Shown here: one piece after another, positions 26,411-39,229 of the stretch
Layout of the letters: each line of letters begins with the position of its first letter
Numbering within the stretch: the stretch's first letter is position 1
Assembly: GCA_965645245.1 (NCBI GenBank)
Contig: OZ287075.1
Span: 372,001 to 436,000 of the forward strand
DNA length: 64,000 bases
DNA from: Massalongia carnosa
Lineage: Eukaryota
Reading direction: 5' to 3'
The notes under the pieces: model-generated
The model's input: the letters and a program-made list of their open reading frames with translations, nothing else
The model's database searches: none
Told to the model about the DNA's origin: nothing
Program-made: the position numbers and the translations under genes

Positions 26411-29400
26411 TCACAAATACTCATCATCCATCATGCTCAAATCCGGCCCCCACACCGGCCGCGGAATTCTCGCATCCCGCGACACGGGTTGCCTTATCCC
26501 GGCTCCATTCCCACCTCCTCCCATTTCTCCCCCTCCCTCCCCCCCGAAAACAAACCCAACCAGGTATCCCACCACGGAAGCGAGGATGTGCAATAGGGCG
26601 GAGAGCAGGAGGTAAAACGGATAAAAGATAGTGCCGAGGAAGGATTCGCGCACGAGCCGGAAGAGGACTTTGAAGAGAACGAAGGGAGGACGCGGGGAGT
26701 GGATGTCCACGCCGTATCCGGTCATAGTGTAGGCGAAGCGAGGGTGGCAGTAAAGATCGCTAAAGGGGAGTGATGTTAGCGTGACGGTATGTTGAAAACG
26801 GTAAACTACAGACTGACACGGAAGAATAACGAAAGGGGGGGGAGAATGAATACATCTGTGTATCTTGTAGGATACAACCCAGCAAGAACGAAGACCAAAG
26901 CCCTAGAACCAGACCCAGCGTACAGTCGCCGAAATCAAAATTATATCCTAAATTCTTACCAAGCAATCCACTCCCCAACCCACCAACCCCACGCCACTAG
27001 CGTCACCACCCCCAACCATGTCAATCGAGGCCTCCAATCATCCTTCCGCCACCTCCAGAGCTTTGGCAGAGGAACCTGGACACTAGTCATGTCGCTCGCA
27101 ACGCTATTCGCAAATGCTAGATCTCTTCTGGCCGGACATCCACAGCGCTCGCATGGCCAGATAAAATCATGGAATTCACCCGCTTCATCACATTCACCTT
27201 GATTAACCGTGGGAGACTTGGAGGAAGGTGGATTGGAGACCGTGTTTGAGATGGCTTTTTCGAGCTTGGCGAGGCGTCTTTTGGCGTCTCGGATGGAGGG
27301 ACCTACGTTGCCGAGACGGGAAATTTGGCGGGCATAGGATTGGAGATCGGGTTGTCGTGATTCTTGAATCTCTGTGAAGGGTTCGGGATCGGTAAGATCC
27401 TCGTCTGGACTCGTAATGGAGGGGGATTGGGCGGGTTGAGTTAGAAGTGTTGAGCAGTCGTGGTCGTCGAGGATTTCTTCAAGCGATTGGATAGTTGAGT
27501 CCCCAAGATGAAGGGTAGGATCGTCTTCTGAATCGGAGTTGGAGTTCGTTGCGGTAAAATTGCGTTGGCTCTTAATTTCGGAGTTTGATTTGGCGGCAGC
27601 AATAATGGATTCCAGAGCAGATTTAGGCAATAGTGGACCTGTCTCTTTCAACAATCTTTGAGAGCTTAGCTTCGGGCGTGTGGACAGAACGTTAGGATTT
27701 AGCTTCCTGATAAGATCAGTTGTGGCGATCTTTCTTGTCTGGTCGCCGTTGTCAACCGTGAAGTCTTTGTCATCCTCGAGATCGGCCGGCGTTGGTAGAG
27801 GAGGTCCTCTGTTGCCAGTGGGTAGTGGTGTGTCTATCCAAGCTCCAGTGACCAGGGGAGTCTTGAGATCTGCGGTGGATTTTGAATGTCGAGGTGTTTG
27901 TTGTACTGGCTTCTTGATGCTAGCCTTCTCCGGTAAATGGATGTTTTCAGTTCCGTTCTCAGCCTTGGCCGCTTGCTGCGGGTTTTCCGCAGCTACTGTC
28001 CTGACTTTGGACGGGGTGTTAGTTGATGGCGAACTGTTTGCAGAAACCACATCGCGTTTTACGTCTGGTTGCTGTCCTTCTTTGGTCGGCGTAGGGCTTT
28101 GGCTTGTTACTCTGGCCAACTTTCTGAGCAGGTCACGAGAATCTGTCCGGTCATTAATGGGCCGAGCAGCAGATCCGCTTTCGTCGTCCGTCCTTGGGCC
28201 ACTTTGTTCATTCTCGATGCTGGAGACATCAGAAGTGCCCCGATAAATGGTGATTGGGGAGTCAGGGATAGGATCGCCCCCACTACCAAGAACCGCTTCG
28301 GATATCTTCGAATAACTTCTCTCTTTGACGAACGGCTTAAGAGGAAATTTAAGGGATGATCGCCGGCGTCGAGGTGTCTCATCGTTCCCGTGCTCTTGGG
28401 AAAGATCATCTGTAGATTGGGTTTGCAACCTCGGGCGTAAATTTTCCTCCAAGGTCTTTTCACGGAGTTCGCCAAGTCGACTCGTTGTGACCGCCCTCTT
28501 TGCAAGTGTATCAATCTCGCGTTCCAGTATACGGTCGAGTGTAGCACTTCGGACCCGAATCGGTGGACTATCGGAGACTTGCAATGATCTCCCGGTGAAA
28601 TCATCGTCATTTATTTCCCATTCCGACACTTGATCCGCTGACGTATTGGGGCCTGACACCACAAAGTCCTGATTTGATTGAGCTAGCGGCATTGATTTAA
28701 CTTCCTCTATAGGGTTTAGCACATTTTCCTCTGTATTCACCCAATCTTCGAGTAGCTCTTCACGATCAGGCTTCTTCGTCACTACCGTCTCAACTGGTGG
28801 TTTCTTGGGGGCGTCACCTGTGAGTTTTCCATTTTTGTTGTTGATACGGTTGAGCCAATCCCTACCAGGCCTTGCTTTTCGGCCCCATTTTTGGGGAACG
28901 TTGAGAGATGGATCTGATGTCTTGCTGCTACTGCTTCCCGCCCCATATGCACTACTTAAGGACTCGTTGCTCTCATTTCGGCGTTTTAGATTCTCAACTG
29001 TCAGGCCGACCCTATGACTTATCAGCGCTTTACTGAATACCTGATTCTCGCTTCTCATAGCAACAGTTATTCTTTGTAGATCTTGGGCGTGCTGTGATAA
29101 AGCCACGACAGAGCTTTCCGTAAGATTATCCACATTTGATATAGCAGATTCGCTGTCCGATCCAAGCAGATTGTCTTCCTTTCCCTTTGCTTGATCTTCT
29201 ACTCCAGGCTGCTCCTGGACCAGACCCCGGGGAGAAGCCCTTCGCGATGCTTTCAAAGAAATGGGAGAAACCGCGTCTTGGATTCGTTGCATTCGAATGC
29301 GATCAACCTCGCGTGATCTCTCCCGACTCTCGAAATCGTATGGGTACGTCCCCATGTCGTCATCTATGCAATCCTCTTGCGCAAGGCTTTCTTCATCGTT

Positions 29401-29913
29401 AATGCGCTGATAGGCCTCAGCCAAGCCGCGAGGCGGGGAAGATGCAGAAGATGATGGAGAGACGAGCGATATTTGCCGCCCTCGCGCTGGACTTGGTGTT
29501 CTCCTCCGAAGGATTTGGGTTGTGGGTTTAGTTGGGGAGCGTGCTAGCCGGCGCGCATTGCTTTGCCTATAGCGGGAGTTCGACACAGAAGATTCCAAAG
29601 TCAGATCCGAAGACGACGTAGAAGAGCGTTGATTCTCATGTTTAACCTCTCCCACGGCCTTAAAAGAAGCCGCCAGGGACCCTGGGGTTCCTAGAGCCTG
29701 CCGAGGCTTTGCACGAATGCTGGGACGCGTTTTTTCTCTCGTAGAACTAGGGCTTGGAATGTAACTCGCGTTTATGCTATCTGTGAAGAACTCTGGCGGC
29801 TGCTGCTGCGATGGACCAAACTGACGTGAAGTAAATATAGGTTTGTCGCGTTTTAGAAGGTCAACCGACTGATTCATTTTCCTGTCATTCCTCTCGGGAC
29901 TTCTTGATACCAT
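26411..29913 (-). CDS. Large disordered hypothetical protein with C-terminal transmembrane segments
   Basis: 985-codon ORF plus a last exon after an intron at about 26760-26960 ('EWIACDLYCHPRFAYTMTGYGVDIHSPRPPF'). Hydrophobic stretches lie near the C-terminus. Confidence 0.78.
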
Positions 29914-30436
29914 GGTGTAGCGTTGATATTAAATAAAATGATAGTAACCATGCGATTCAAGCAATGCATCTGTTATACTGCTCTGATAGACAGGAATTTT
30001 GCAGATGAATTTTATAATGATTCTGTTGGTATTGAAGACGTACCTAGATTTCGTAATACAGCCGACCGTTTCCTGAAATGCGAACCAATGAATGTAAACC
30101 GCTAGCGTACGGATAAACTCATTCGGGTAGATTTCTTGGGGCTAACTAACATACCTTATTCTAGCTTCAGCATCAATTCTTATACGGTCAACATTTTGTT
30201 TATGAAAATACCGAGAAATTGTATCAATTTCGTCTCAAACCTCTCCAGAAATAGGGTTCAAATAGAGATTTAATTGTACCATGATCCACTGATCTGGATA
30301 TCCGTACTCCCTACCCTGTAACCTTTTACCCCGTATATATCTCATGGCTCGAAAACGATAGCTCATAAGAGTATCTACAAGTTTTCTATACATAAGGTAT
30401 AAAGCATTATCATATAGTAGTCAATTGCTTGTCAAA

Positions 30437-30822
30437 ACGGCCAAACACGTAATCATGCACTGCCCATTAATGACGGGAAGACAAGAGCTGTTTCGGCGTA
30501 TAAATACCAACGAGTATCGTACGATAATCGAAACATCCAAAACATTGAAACAGGTAACGAGATGGATTATCGAAGCTGGCGTTTTGGCGCAATTTTCTTT
30601 ATCGGCAAGCTTGCTATACAAGCAATAATTTTCTTTTCATTCAAGGGACTCATCGAAAAAGCACACGAGCAGCACAGCTGGAGGTCGTTGGGACCTCGTA
30701 CGCGCAGCGTTGGCAATGGGTTTTTATTCCTCTTAAAGGTTTTCCTGTAGCATAGTAGTCCATCCCGCATAGGCCGGCCTTCGGCCGGTGACATACCGGC
30801 GTAAGAATATATCTATCTATCT
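30437..30822 (+). mobile_element. 5'-truncated Tad-like LINE (386 bp) with 14-bp TSD
   Basis: Encodes the ORF2 C-terminus after the zinc knuckle ('TAKHVIMHCP...RWIIEAGVLAQFSL'). (TATC)n tail. TSD AATTGCTTGTCAAA at 30423-30436 and 30823-30836. Confidence 0.88.
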
Positions 30823-30988
30823 AATTGCTTGTCAAATTATCAATGACGGACAATATATATTTTTAAGAACCACTAGCTACTCTAGCAGAAGCGTAGGAGT
30901 AAATTGTAAGCTGCAAGCGACGGTTGAATTAAGTAGTTAAGCAAACCGAGAAAGATTTCTCTGCAATTGGGCGATTGATCGATATAGG

Positions 30989-31855
30989 GTCAGCCAGATG
31001 CTTGAGTAAAGTTCGTTCCTGCCATTTGTAGAAAGAAACTGTCATGGGCCGTTGTCTCGAATATGAACTCCTCTTCTCTTTCGACTCTGGCTTTCAACAT
31101 TCGCCTTGGGCCCTTCAGGAATAATGCCGTTTCTACGGAGAAATCATCGATTTGAAAACCAAACTGGTAGTGAGCTGGAAGATGTGCGCAAATGTATATA
31201 ACTTGGCGGATTTTGAGAATTAAGTCGATTGGTAGAAGATGCGATACTGTATGAAACCAATCTGTGGTACTAGATATTATTATTTTGTTTGTGCTTGAGG
31301 TTTTTGACGCCTAGAATATTTAATACAAGGATATGGTCTTGTCACAGCCAGTTCCGCGCTGAGAGGTAAGACATGCCCTACCAAGCTAAGATTGGTAGTA
31401 TCTCAATTTTTGTGACTGCTTTTTTCCCACGAAATCGAAATTCAAGAAAATGTATTACGATAGTCCTGATCCATTTCAGAACAAAACTCGTTCAGAGAAT
31501 AAATGGAGATATTATGTGCCCAAAGATCTGCCGCAATCTTTCATGAAGCAAGAGTACGGAATTTTTGTAAAGGCAAGGTCGAAATATCGCAATTGAGGAT
31601 AAACTGCTGCACGGCTATGTGGACATCGAGAAACCCGTCTATACTCAGCAGCCATGGTGTGAGAGTCCTCAACCTACAAAGTGCCCCGATAAACGTCAGG
31701 TGGCCGGAGTAGCTTCCTTTTAGCGCTCGCTCTCTGCTCTGGAGTAGATAGCCCACACTAAGTGGGATGGATTTATCGGCGTGGCAACTCGGACCCAGTT
31801 GAGATGTAGACTTTTCACGTGAAGAAGGCACTAGCGGAGCAGAAATATTCTGCAT
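30989..31855 (-). pseudogene. Possible degraded gene
   Basis: The 104-codon ORF 31541-31855 reads on through in-frame stops. A second block of about 90 open codons (about 30989-31262) follows a CAG acceptor. No family recognised. Confidence 0.25.
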
Positions 31856-31865
31856 GATAATTCTT

Positions 31866-32132
31866 CTTCAGCTTCCATCGTTTTGTACACTGTTTTCACC
31901 TTCAGCCCTTATCAGTTGGTACTATATCCATTAGCCACTTCTTCGCTTGACACTCTCTATCCATCATCAGCTTTAATCACCTGGTGTACTATATCCACCA
32001 TCCAATTCTTCGCTTTGTACACTATACCCATGGTTGGCTTCCACCGTTTGGTGTGCTATATCCGTCGTCCAGTACTTCGCTTCGTGCAATATATCCAGTG
32101 TCAGCTTTTCGCACTTGTTGTGCTATATTCAT
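31866..32132. repeat. Degenerate minisatellite, 8 units of about 33 bp
   Basis: Units end in a recurring G(T/C)(A/G)CTATATCCA(T/C)-like motif and alternate between CAGCTT-type and CTTCGCTT-type units. Confidence 0.7.
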
Positions 32133-32470
32133 CATTCCTTTCATGGTTTCGAACGAGATATCATACATCGACTTGTCCAGCATCAACCAAAGGACCGCTT
32201 ACATATATCATACCTTTTTGTATCCTTCACTGTCGCTTGTAATCCTCTTCCTTAATCTACTCAACAAACTCAGTCGATTCTTCTTCTTTCTCTGCGATCC
32301 ACATCATATCTTAGACCTGGTAACTCCATCTTACTCTTAGAGTATAAATTTCCTTAGTCCTCAGATTCATACAGTAAAGCCAGGTGCCCGCAAAAGGACT
32401 ATCTTGCCATATTGGCTCCTATTGCTCCGCATCTTTACAAAATCCTTCATAGACGGTTAAGGCCTAGACA

Positions 32471-33250
32471 ATGAAGCCCATCATCAAGCAGCTTGAGAGC
32501 CAGAAGTGGATGGCCGAGCTTGAAACAAGATTTCGATACAACTCTGACAAGGTCAACTCGACCAACATCATGACTCGGATGAAAATCCTGCATCAGCAGA
32601 CGGATTTTCTTCAACCCAAGCTGCGAGAAAATCTGGTCCAAGTTCCCTACTGTCTCGGAAACTCCGCCAAGATCCGCCTATCACGAGCTAAGGTCACAAG
32701 GAAATATTGGAAAAGGTCCGCTGAGCTCAAGGAACGCGGCTTGCCCTGGATCTTTGAGCAGCAAGCAGATCCCCTTGTATCAGGCCGTGATAACAGGGAG
32801 TTACAATGCCTTGGAGCCGCAGAGTTGAGACAATGGATAAGGACAAAAACCACAGTTTTCCAGAGATATATTTCCACCGACTCCGTCGATGAACGCATCA
32901 AACCACGGCTGCGACAAATTAGTGACTTCTTTCAGTCCTTTAAAAGGGGTAGAACAGGCGGTGCACTCCTTCGCGGGCGGCTCCATTTAATGGCTCTAGA
33001 AGTCGACAACCTGATGTGGGTTTGCCCAAGGTATCTGAAATACAAGCACCACCTTGACACGTTCCTAATCGCACCATACTTCACTTCTCGCATGAGAGAG
33101 ATTGTACAGATCTTTAAGAAGTGCGACCCTAGATGTGGACAAGATCTCGGCAAGAGCTTAGGCCATCTCATAACAGAAGTGGAAGATCATCTTCGCCAGG
33201 AGAATGTGGACCTGGCAGTTGATAGTGTGTGGAACCCGAACGTAAAATGA
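32471..33250 (+). CDS. Hypothetical protein (259 aa)
   Basis: Uninterrupted ATG-initiated ORF; no family recognised. Confidence 0.55.
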   Translation: MKPIIKQLESQKWMAELETRFRYNSDKVNSTNIMTRMKILHQQTDFLQPKLRENLVQVPYCLGNSAKIRLSRAKVTRKYWKRSAELKERGLPWIFEQQADPLVSGRDNRELQCLGAAELRQWIRTKTTVFQRYISTDSVDERIKPRLRQISDFFQSFKRGRTGGALLRGRLHLMALEVDNLMWVCPRYLKYKHHLDTFLIAPYFTSRMREIVQIFKKCDPRCGQDLGKSLGHLITEVEDHLRQENVDLAVDSVWNPNVK

Positions 33251-33557
33251 ATGCCATTTGACGAATTCTTAATGAAATGACGAAAATAATATGTGGGCGG
33301 TTTCGGAATTTCCTTCATATGGTGCAAGACGCGGAATTTTAGAAGTCGGGCTTTTTTATCGGATGTTTATCCCGGCCGGCCCAGTTGGGCTGAGTAATTG
33401 AGGTTCTACTGATGTCATTAGAAATGACGTTTCACTTGGACTTGAAACCTTATACTGTATCTTAGGAATTCAACAAAAACCCCTATGAATGCCCGTTATT
33501 CACAACCATTCATTATCATTAATAATCATTTACTGATCATACTAATTAAAATAAACT

Positions 33558-34165
33558 ATGAAAAAACTTCTCGTAACTCACGGCTTCCGGCCTATTTCCA
33601 GAGCTCAGGTCATCCCGAGTGTTACCGGACGTTTCACAACAAACCATCAGAGTCGTCAATATGCTCATCAATCTTATGGGGATGGGGAAGGAGACCCAAA
33701 AGGCGAAAATCCTCAGGAACAAGGTTCAAATCCTTCAGCAGAAAAGGAACATCCAGGTCCTCCACCACCAGCGGAAGGACAAGGTTCCGGCGGAGGGCCA
33801 ACAAAAGCTGATGAGTCTGGGCACAATACCCAAGACAACGCGTCAAGCCCCAGCAAGGAAGGTGACGGACGTGGAAGCAAAGAACATGGAAGTAGGAGAA
33901 GCAAGAGCGGTGCGCAGCCCAAGATCCTTGATGAGGCCGAACCAACGGCGCAAAACGATGAGGTGAAGCAACACAATGAGGAAATGACAAACCGATATGA
34001 CCGTGCGGGGACACAGGTGGGGAATCCAGAACAGGACAAAGTAGGCAAGGGATTTTGGAGTGGTGAGGTTTTCACGCATCCAGCATTTTAGGTATGCCTT
34101 TGGCGTACAAATGCCTCCGACTAAACATTTTCGTAGGTCATGGCGGGTCTGATCGAAACCCTTGA
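33558..34165 (+). CDS. Small hydrophilic protein with probable mitochondrial presequence
   Basis: Arg/Ser-rich N-terminus; motif 'YGDGEGDPKGENPQEQG...EHPGPPPPAEGQG'; intron 34063-34136; ends GHGGSDRNP*. Confidence 0.78.
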
Positions 34166-34912
34166 TATTTTTGTTTTTGGTATCATGAGGCAGATTTTTA
34201 TGTCCCACGGGCGTTGATGGGTCCTGGACATCAAGGGCTTCGCTTGGCTATGGTCTGTACATTATCCTCTACACAGAAGCGGCAGGTTTGAGGCATTTGT
34301 GCAGGAATCGGGACGGCTGTTGTAGATAATGTTGGGTGGAGGTGTACATATGACATGTGTTAATCCACCGATTGTGCATGTAATTGTGGTACGAGATATG
34401 ATAAAACATAATACACAACATAACCAATACATAGATCAGGAAGAGTAAAGCACGTGTACCTATCATTATGAAACAAGGCGAACCAGGTACCTGGCGCAAA
34501 TGTCTTAACTTCACCGGTTCGACAGGAATTTTCCCGTATTCACTGTCGTAGTCAGAACGATATAGTGGCTGTCGTGCTCTATCAGTTATCGGCTATATCA
34601 CGCAGTATAGTTAGTTACAAGCGAGGGTCGGTATTGGACTTAACTTTGAACCTTACTTAGACGTGGCAGATTGCATCACAAAAAGAAAGAAAAAGAAATG
34701 TAAAAAAAAATGTAAAAAATAGAAATGTAAGGATTGATACTCTGTACTGAGTACACAGTGCTAATTGAGGGACTCTGGTGGTCTGCTGGTCCTGAAGTCA
34801 AAGGTGCAAAGTACTTCCTGCCACCTTGTGTGTTGGTATGGAAAATACCTTACGGTATGATGCATTCTTGAAATACGGAGAAAATTTCGACATCGGTTGT
34901 GGCGTCATATAA

Positions 34913-34920
34913 TTACGTCA
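34913..34920. promoter_or_regulatory. ATF/CRE-type site TTACGTCA upstream of ISH1
   Basis: Matches the Atf1/AtfA-type consensus TGACGTAA (reverse complement), about 245 bp before the ATG. Fission yeast ish1 is a Sty1/Atf1 stress target. Confidence 0.5.
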
Positions 34921-35162
34921 TTTCAGTAATTTAGCTTTAGCTGCTTTCCGTTGGCAACTCCACTTCTTGTTTGTTGTCTGCCAACATCCTTCATCCATAC
35001 CCGCAACGCTCATCAGATCCAGATCTTTTCCAGGAATCAGTAAGCTTGTCGCATCTCTTCTCCTTTTTACAAATCCTTTTTACAGATTACTGTTTCTCAT
35101 CTAATTTCGTCAAATCCAGCGTGAGAAGCACAACCCGTCAACCTATTCGTTAACGAGGCGAA

Positions 35163-37152
35163 ATGAAGTTCTCTCTATCTTCCGTGCTGGTGTTGGCCCT
35201 AGCTTCTGAGGTCACTTTAGCCAGCACTTGGTTTAGTAAAGCAGGTGGGTAAACTCCCTGCAGAAGTGTTTGATATGCAACCTCCAATGAGAAGGGATGA
35301 TGGTACCCTCTGCTGTTGTATAATTACTCAACTCATGTGGTATTTCGGCAAGCACAGTCACGCTCTCACCTTACGTTTGCTGGTGCTGATGGTTTTTTTT
35401 AAAACCATGTCATCCTATTAATCACCATAACTAAAGTCTCTTCTAGCGTACAACAAATGGCATGAGACTGAACTCGAACGATGGCTCTCCGATCACAATG
35501 TGCCATACCCCACCCCTGCCGATCGAAAGGACCTTGAGAACCTTGTCAAGAGCAATTGGCAGTCCAAGACATCTTCCCCATACGCCGATTGGGAGCCCTC
35601 GCAGTTACAGACTTACCTCAAGTCGAAAGGACAAGATATCAAGAAAGGCACTGAGTCAAATAAAGCAAGTCTTGTGAGCCAGGTCAAGAGTTATTGGACG
35701 GAGAGCGCAGACTCTGCGTCGGATTCTTATAAGAGTGTCAAGGATTGGATATTCAATAGGTGCTCCAATATATCAACGAGGAAAGGCATTCAAGCTAACT
35801 TGTTTCACGCAGCTGGACTGATTCTCAGCTAAAAGCGTTACTAGACAGGAACAAGATCCCAGTTCCCCAACCTCGTAATCGTGACACTCTCCTAGCTACC
35901 GTCCGTCAAAACTATGACTCGATTGCTAAAAAGGTTGGCGAAACTGCTCAATATCCCGGTAATTGGCTTTATGAGGCATGGTCGGAATCGGATCTCAAAG
36001 AATTCCTCGATGAGCGTGGGATTCCCGTCCCACAACCTAGTACACGGGACAAGCTTATCGCTTCCGTGCGACGAAATTCCCGCTTGGCCAGTTTGAACTT
36101 GAAAGACACGGCTGCCTCTGCCTCTGCCTCTGCCGAAGCTTCTAAAGAAAGCCTTAGCAATGCGGTATTTGACGCATGGAGTGATAGCCAGATCAAGGAG
36201 TGGGCAGACAAGAACGGCATTAAAGTTCCACAGGGTTCTAAGCGAAACGAACTAATCGCGTTAGCCCGGAAGCATCGCGATTCTTTGACTGGTGACAACG
36301 TGGTTTCCTCCGCGAGCAGTGCTTTTGGTGCAGCCACCACCAAAGCCGGGAATCAATTTGCACAAGCCACTGATGACGCCGCTTTGAAGACCGAAGATGC
36401 TTTTAATACGGCAATCGGTACTTGGAGCGATAGCCGCCTCAAGGCATTCCTCGATGCTCGCGGGGTCCCCGTTCCACAAGGTGGCAAAAAGGATGAGCTT
36501 ATTGCTCAAGTTCGGCTTCACAAGCATAAGGCAGCTTCTGGCTATTCCGCATGGACCTTTGATACCTGGACTACGGAGAACTTGAAGTAAGCTCAAACCT
36601 TGTAACTGGAAGGGATTAGCTGACACCATCAGGAAATGGCTTCTGACTCAAAACAACAAAGCAGCCAAAAAAGCCGGAGCGTCTCGTGATGATCTGCTTA
36701 AACAGGCCCAAGATACCTACGCAAAGGCCTCCAAATCTGGTGGAAGCAGCTACGCATCTGTTACTTCTTACCTGGCTTCTGCCACTGATGCAGCTAAGGA
36801 TAGCACCTTTGACACGTGGTCCGATTCTGAGCTAAAATCGTATCTCGATTCCTACGGCGTTCCCAACTATCAAGGCAGCACCACCAACGACCTTCGTGCA
36901 TTGGCACGCCGCAACGCCAATTACTTCCGCTATGGCACGTCTACTCCTCAAGGCACCATATTGGCTAGGCTTCAGAGCGGGGTTCAGTGGTTTTTCAATC
37001 AGTTCAAGATTGGTGCCGCCAGTGGTCGAAATGAAGCGGGTTATCAAAGCGAGAAAGCTGCCGATGCTGTGAAGGAGGGTGTAACGGCTGCCACTAATCG
37101 TGCAGGTGAAGCAGCTCAGAGGGCGGGAGACAAGGTGAAGGAGGAATTGTGA
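35163..37152 (+). CDS. ISH1: Stress-response nuclear-envelope protein, Ish1/Msc1 family
   Basis: Signal peptide followed by repeated Ish1 motifs ('WSDSQIKEWADKNGIKVPQ', 'WSDSRLKAFLDARGVPVPQ'). Introns 35245-35446, 35760-35812 and 36587-36632. Confidence 0.92.
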
Positions 37153-38031
37153 GTTCGCCATGGAAGCAAGGGATAGGACGGACAAGATTGTTTGGATCTT
37201 GAAAGATCCGATTTGATACGGGAGGATCTGGAAGTTTCAAAATCGGAGCCGTGTTCTTAGCAATCTGTCTTTTGTAAAGTAGGTGGCTAGCCATGAAAAT
37301 AACCCAATGGACATTGCCATCTCTTTGTCTTCGAATAACGTGCATTGTTGAGGAGCCAGGTAGCTTTCTGTAAGAAATAAGGTCAAGGGATACCTGGTAT
37401 ACTGTATGTACAACACCGAACGGTGTGCCGGCTTGATCTTCAAGGTACATACTCTGTGGGGGATCCTGGACCCCCTCTCTCACTCACCTTACCTTACGTA
37501 AGGTACTCGGCACGCAGTTGAGTACTCGAGTTTGTCGTGTCCGAGCCATGACTAGTTAAATCCGAATCGATGCGGGAAATTTCCACGATCCGGAAGAGGT
37601 TCTGAGACCTATTTCTCTAGTGCGGTATCGAAACGAAACGAACCATGCGGAGGTTTCCCAAGTCACAATCGGTAAGTCGAGCTAGAAACAAGAAGTGTCC
37701 TCTTATTCTTTATTCTGCTTCAGAGCCACCACACATGTAAGCAAAAGAACGATGGAGAACGCCCCGCCCCTCGGCGTCATTCATTTCGACTAGCCAAAAG
37801 GAACAGTATGAACTCTGTATCGTACCGAATAGATACCAACCTACCTCCCTGCTTTATGTCTCGATCAGGACTGCGGCATGAGGTATGGAAGGGAGGACGA
37901 GGAGAGAGTATATCTTTGACCACCTCCCTTCTCTTCTCTGCTACTCTCAATCGATATAAAGCCATCACGAAAACCCACGAAAAGCTGCTTGAGTTGTCAT
38001 TCAAGCTCCTGCTACACCCCTTCACAGATCA

Positions 38032-39229
38032 ATGATGCCGACGAGACCAACGATCCTGCATCTGGGTGATCCCATCCTCTACAATCACGACCTTCATGAC
38101 CGACTCCTCTCTCGATTCAACATCATCAATCCCCCTTGCTCCGAGCTTCATCGGACGGCCTTCATCCGCAACCTCAAAGAAAGAGCATGGGGGGACTTTC
38201 AGGCAATCATGAGACCCTTCTGGAACACTGGAGGTGAGATGGGGAAATGGGATCGAGAGTTGATTGAGCTCTTGCCTCAGACGGTGAAGGTATATGCCAG
38301 CGCGGGAGCAGGTTTTGATTGGGTCGATACCAGTACCTTGGCTGAGTTCGGTAAGTCCAACGGTCCTGCAAATGGTGAAGAAGGGTTGGGCTTCGCTGGG
38401 TTGCCGCTAAGTGGCTGAGTGAAACGAAAATGGTACCAGTCCTGAAGGTGTGAGACTGACAAAGTTCTAAGGGATTCTCTATTGCAACGGCGCAGGAGCC
38501 TCTACCGAGGCCGTCGCAGATATGGCCATCTGGCACATAATTTCGGTTTTTCGGAACATGACATGGTCCTGCCTTGCAGCGCGTTCAGGTGATCCAGACA
38601 AGTGGCTGAATGCACACCGTAACGCACCATGCGCCTCGCATAACCCCCGAAGTCATACTCTAGGCATCATCGGTCTTGGAAACATTGGTCACGCTATTGC
38701 CAAAAAGGCATATCTAGCTTTTGGCATGCGGATCTTGTACAACGATGTTGTCAGGAAGTCGTTTTCCCAAGAGGAGGAAATCAATGCGGAATTTTACAAG
38801 GATCTTGGGGAAATGCTAGGTGCATCCGACTGCGTCCTCATCGCAACGCCCTTCTCTGGTACGATACTGATTACGGAATCTACGTTGGCGCAATTCAAAC
38901 CTGGCTCTCGGTTGGTAAATATTGCACGCGGTAGTCTCGTTGACGAAGAAGCTCTTGCGGACGCTCTGGAATCGGGGCACCTCTGTGCTGCGGGCCTTGA
39001 TGTGCACGCCAATGAACCCATAGTCAGTAAACGGCTCATTCAGTCATGGAATGTGACGTTGACGAGCCACACGGGTGGAGCGGCACTAGAAACAGTGGTG
39101 GGATTCGAGAGGTTGGCCTTGGAAAATGTGGAAAGGATGCTAACGGGAAAGCCAGCATTGACTGGGGTGAATGGGCATCTGTTGCGAAATCAACCAAATA
39201 ATATGCGCTTTGGATCGTGTATGATATAG
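38032..39229 (+). CDS. D-isomer-specific 2-hydroxyacid dehydrogenase (glyoxylate reductase / D-mandelate dehydrogenase-like)
   Basis: Motifs 'AGAGFDWVD', Rossmann 'GIIGLGNIG', 'VNIARG', 'AGLDVHANEP' and catalytic 'SHTGG'. Intron 38351-38471. Confidence 0.93.

Noticed and set aside
31866..32132. Possible CRISPR-like array
   Set aside because: Contiguous degenerate units without unique spacers, in a eukaryotic context with no cas genes.
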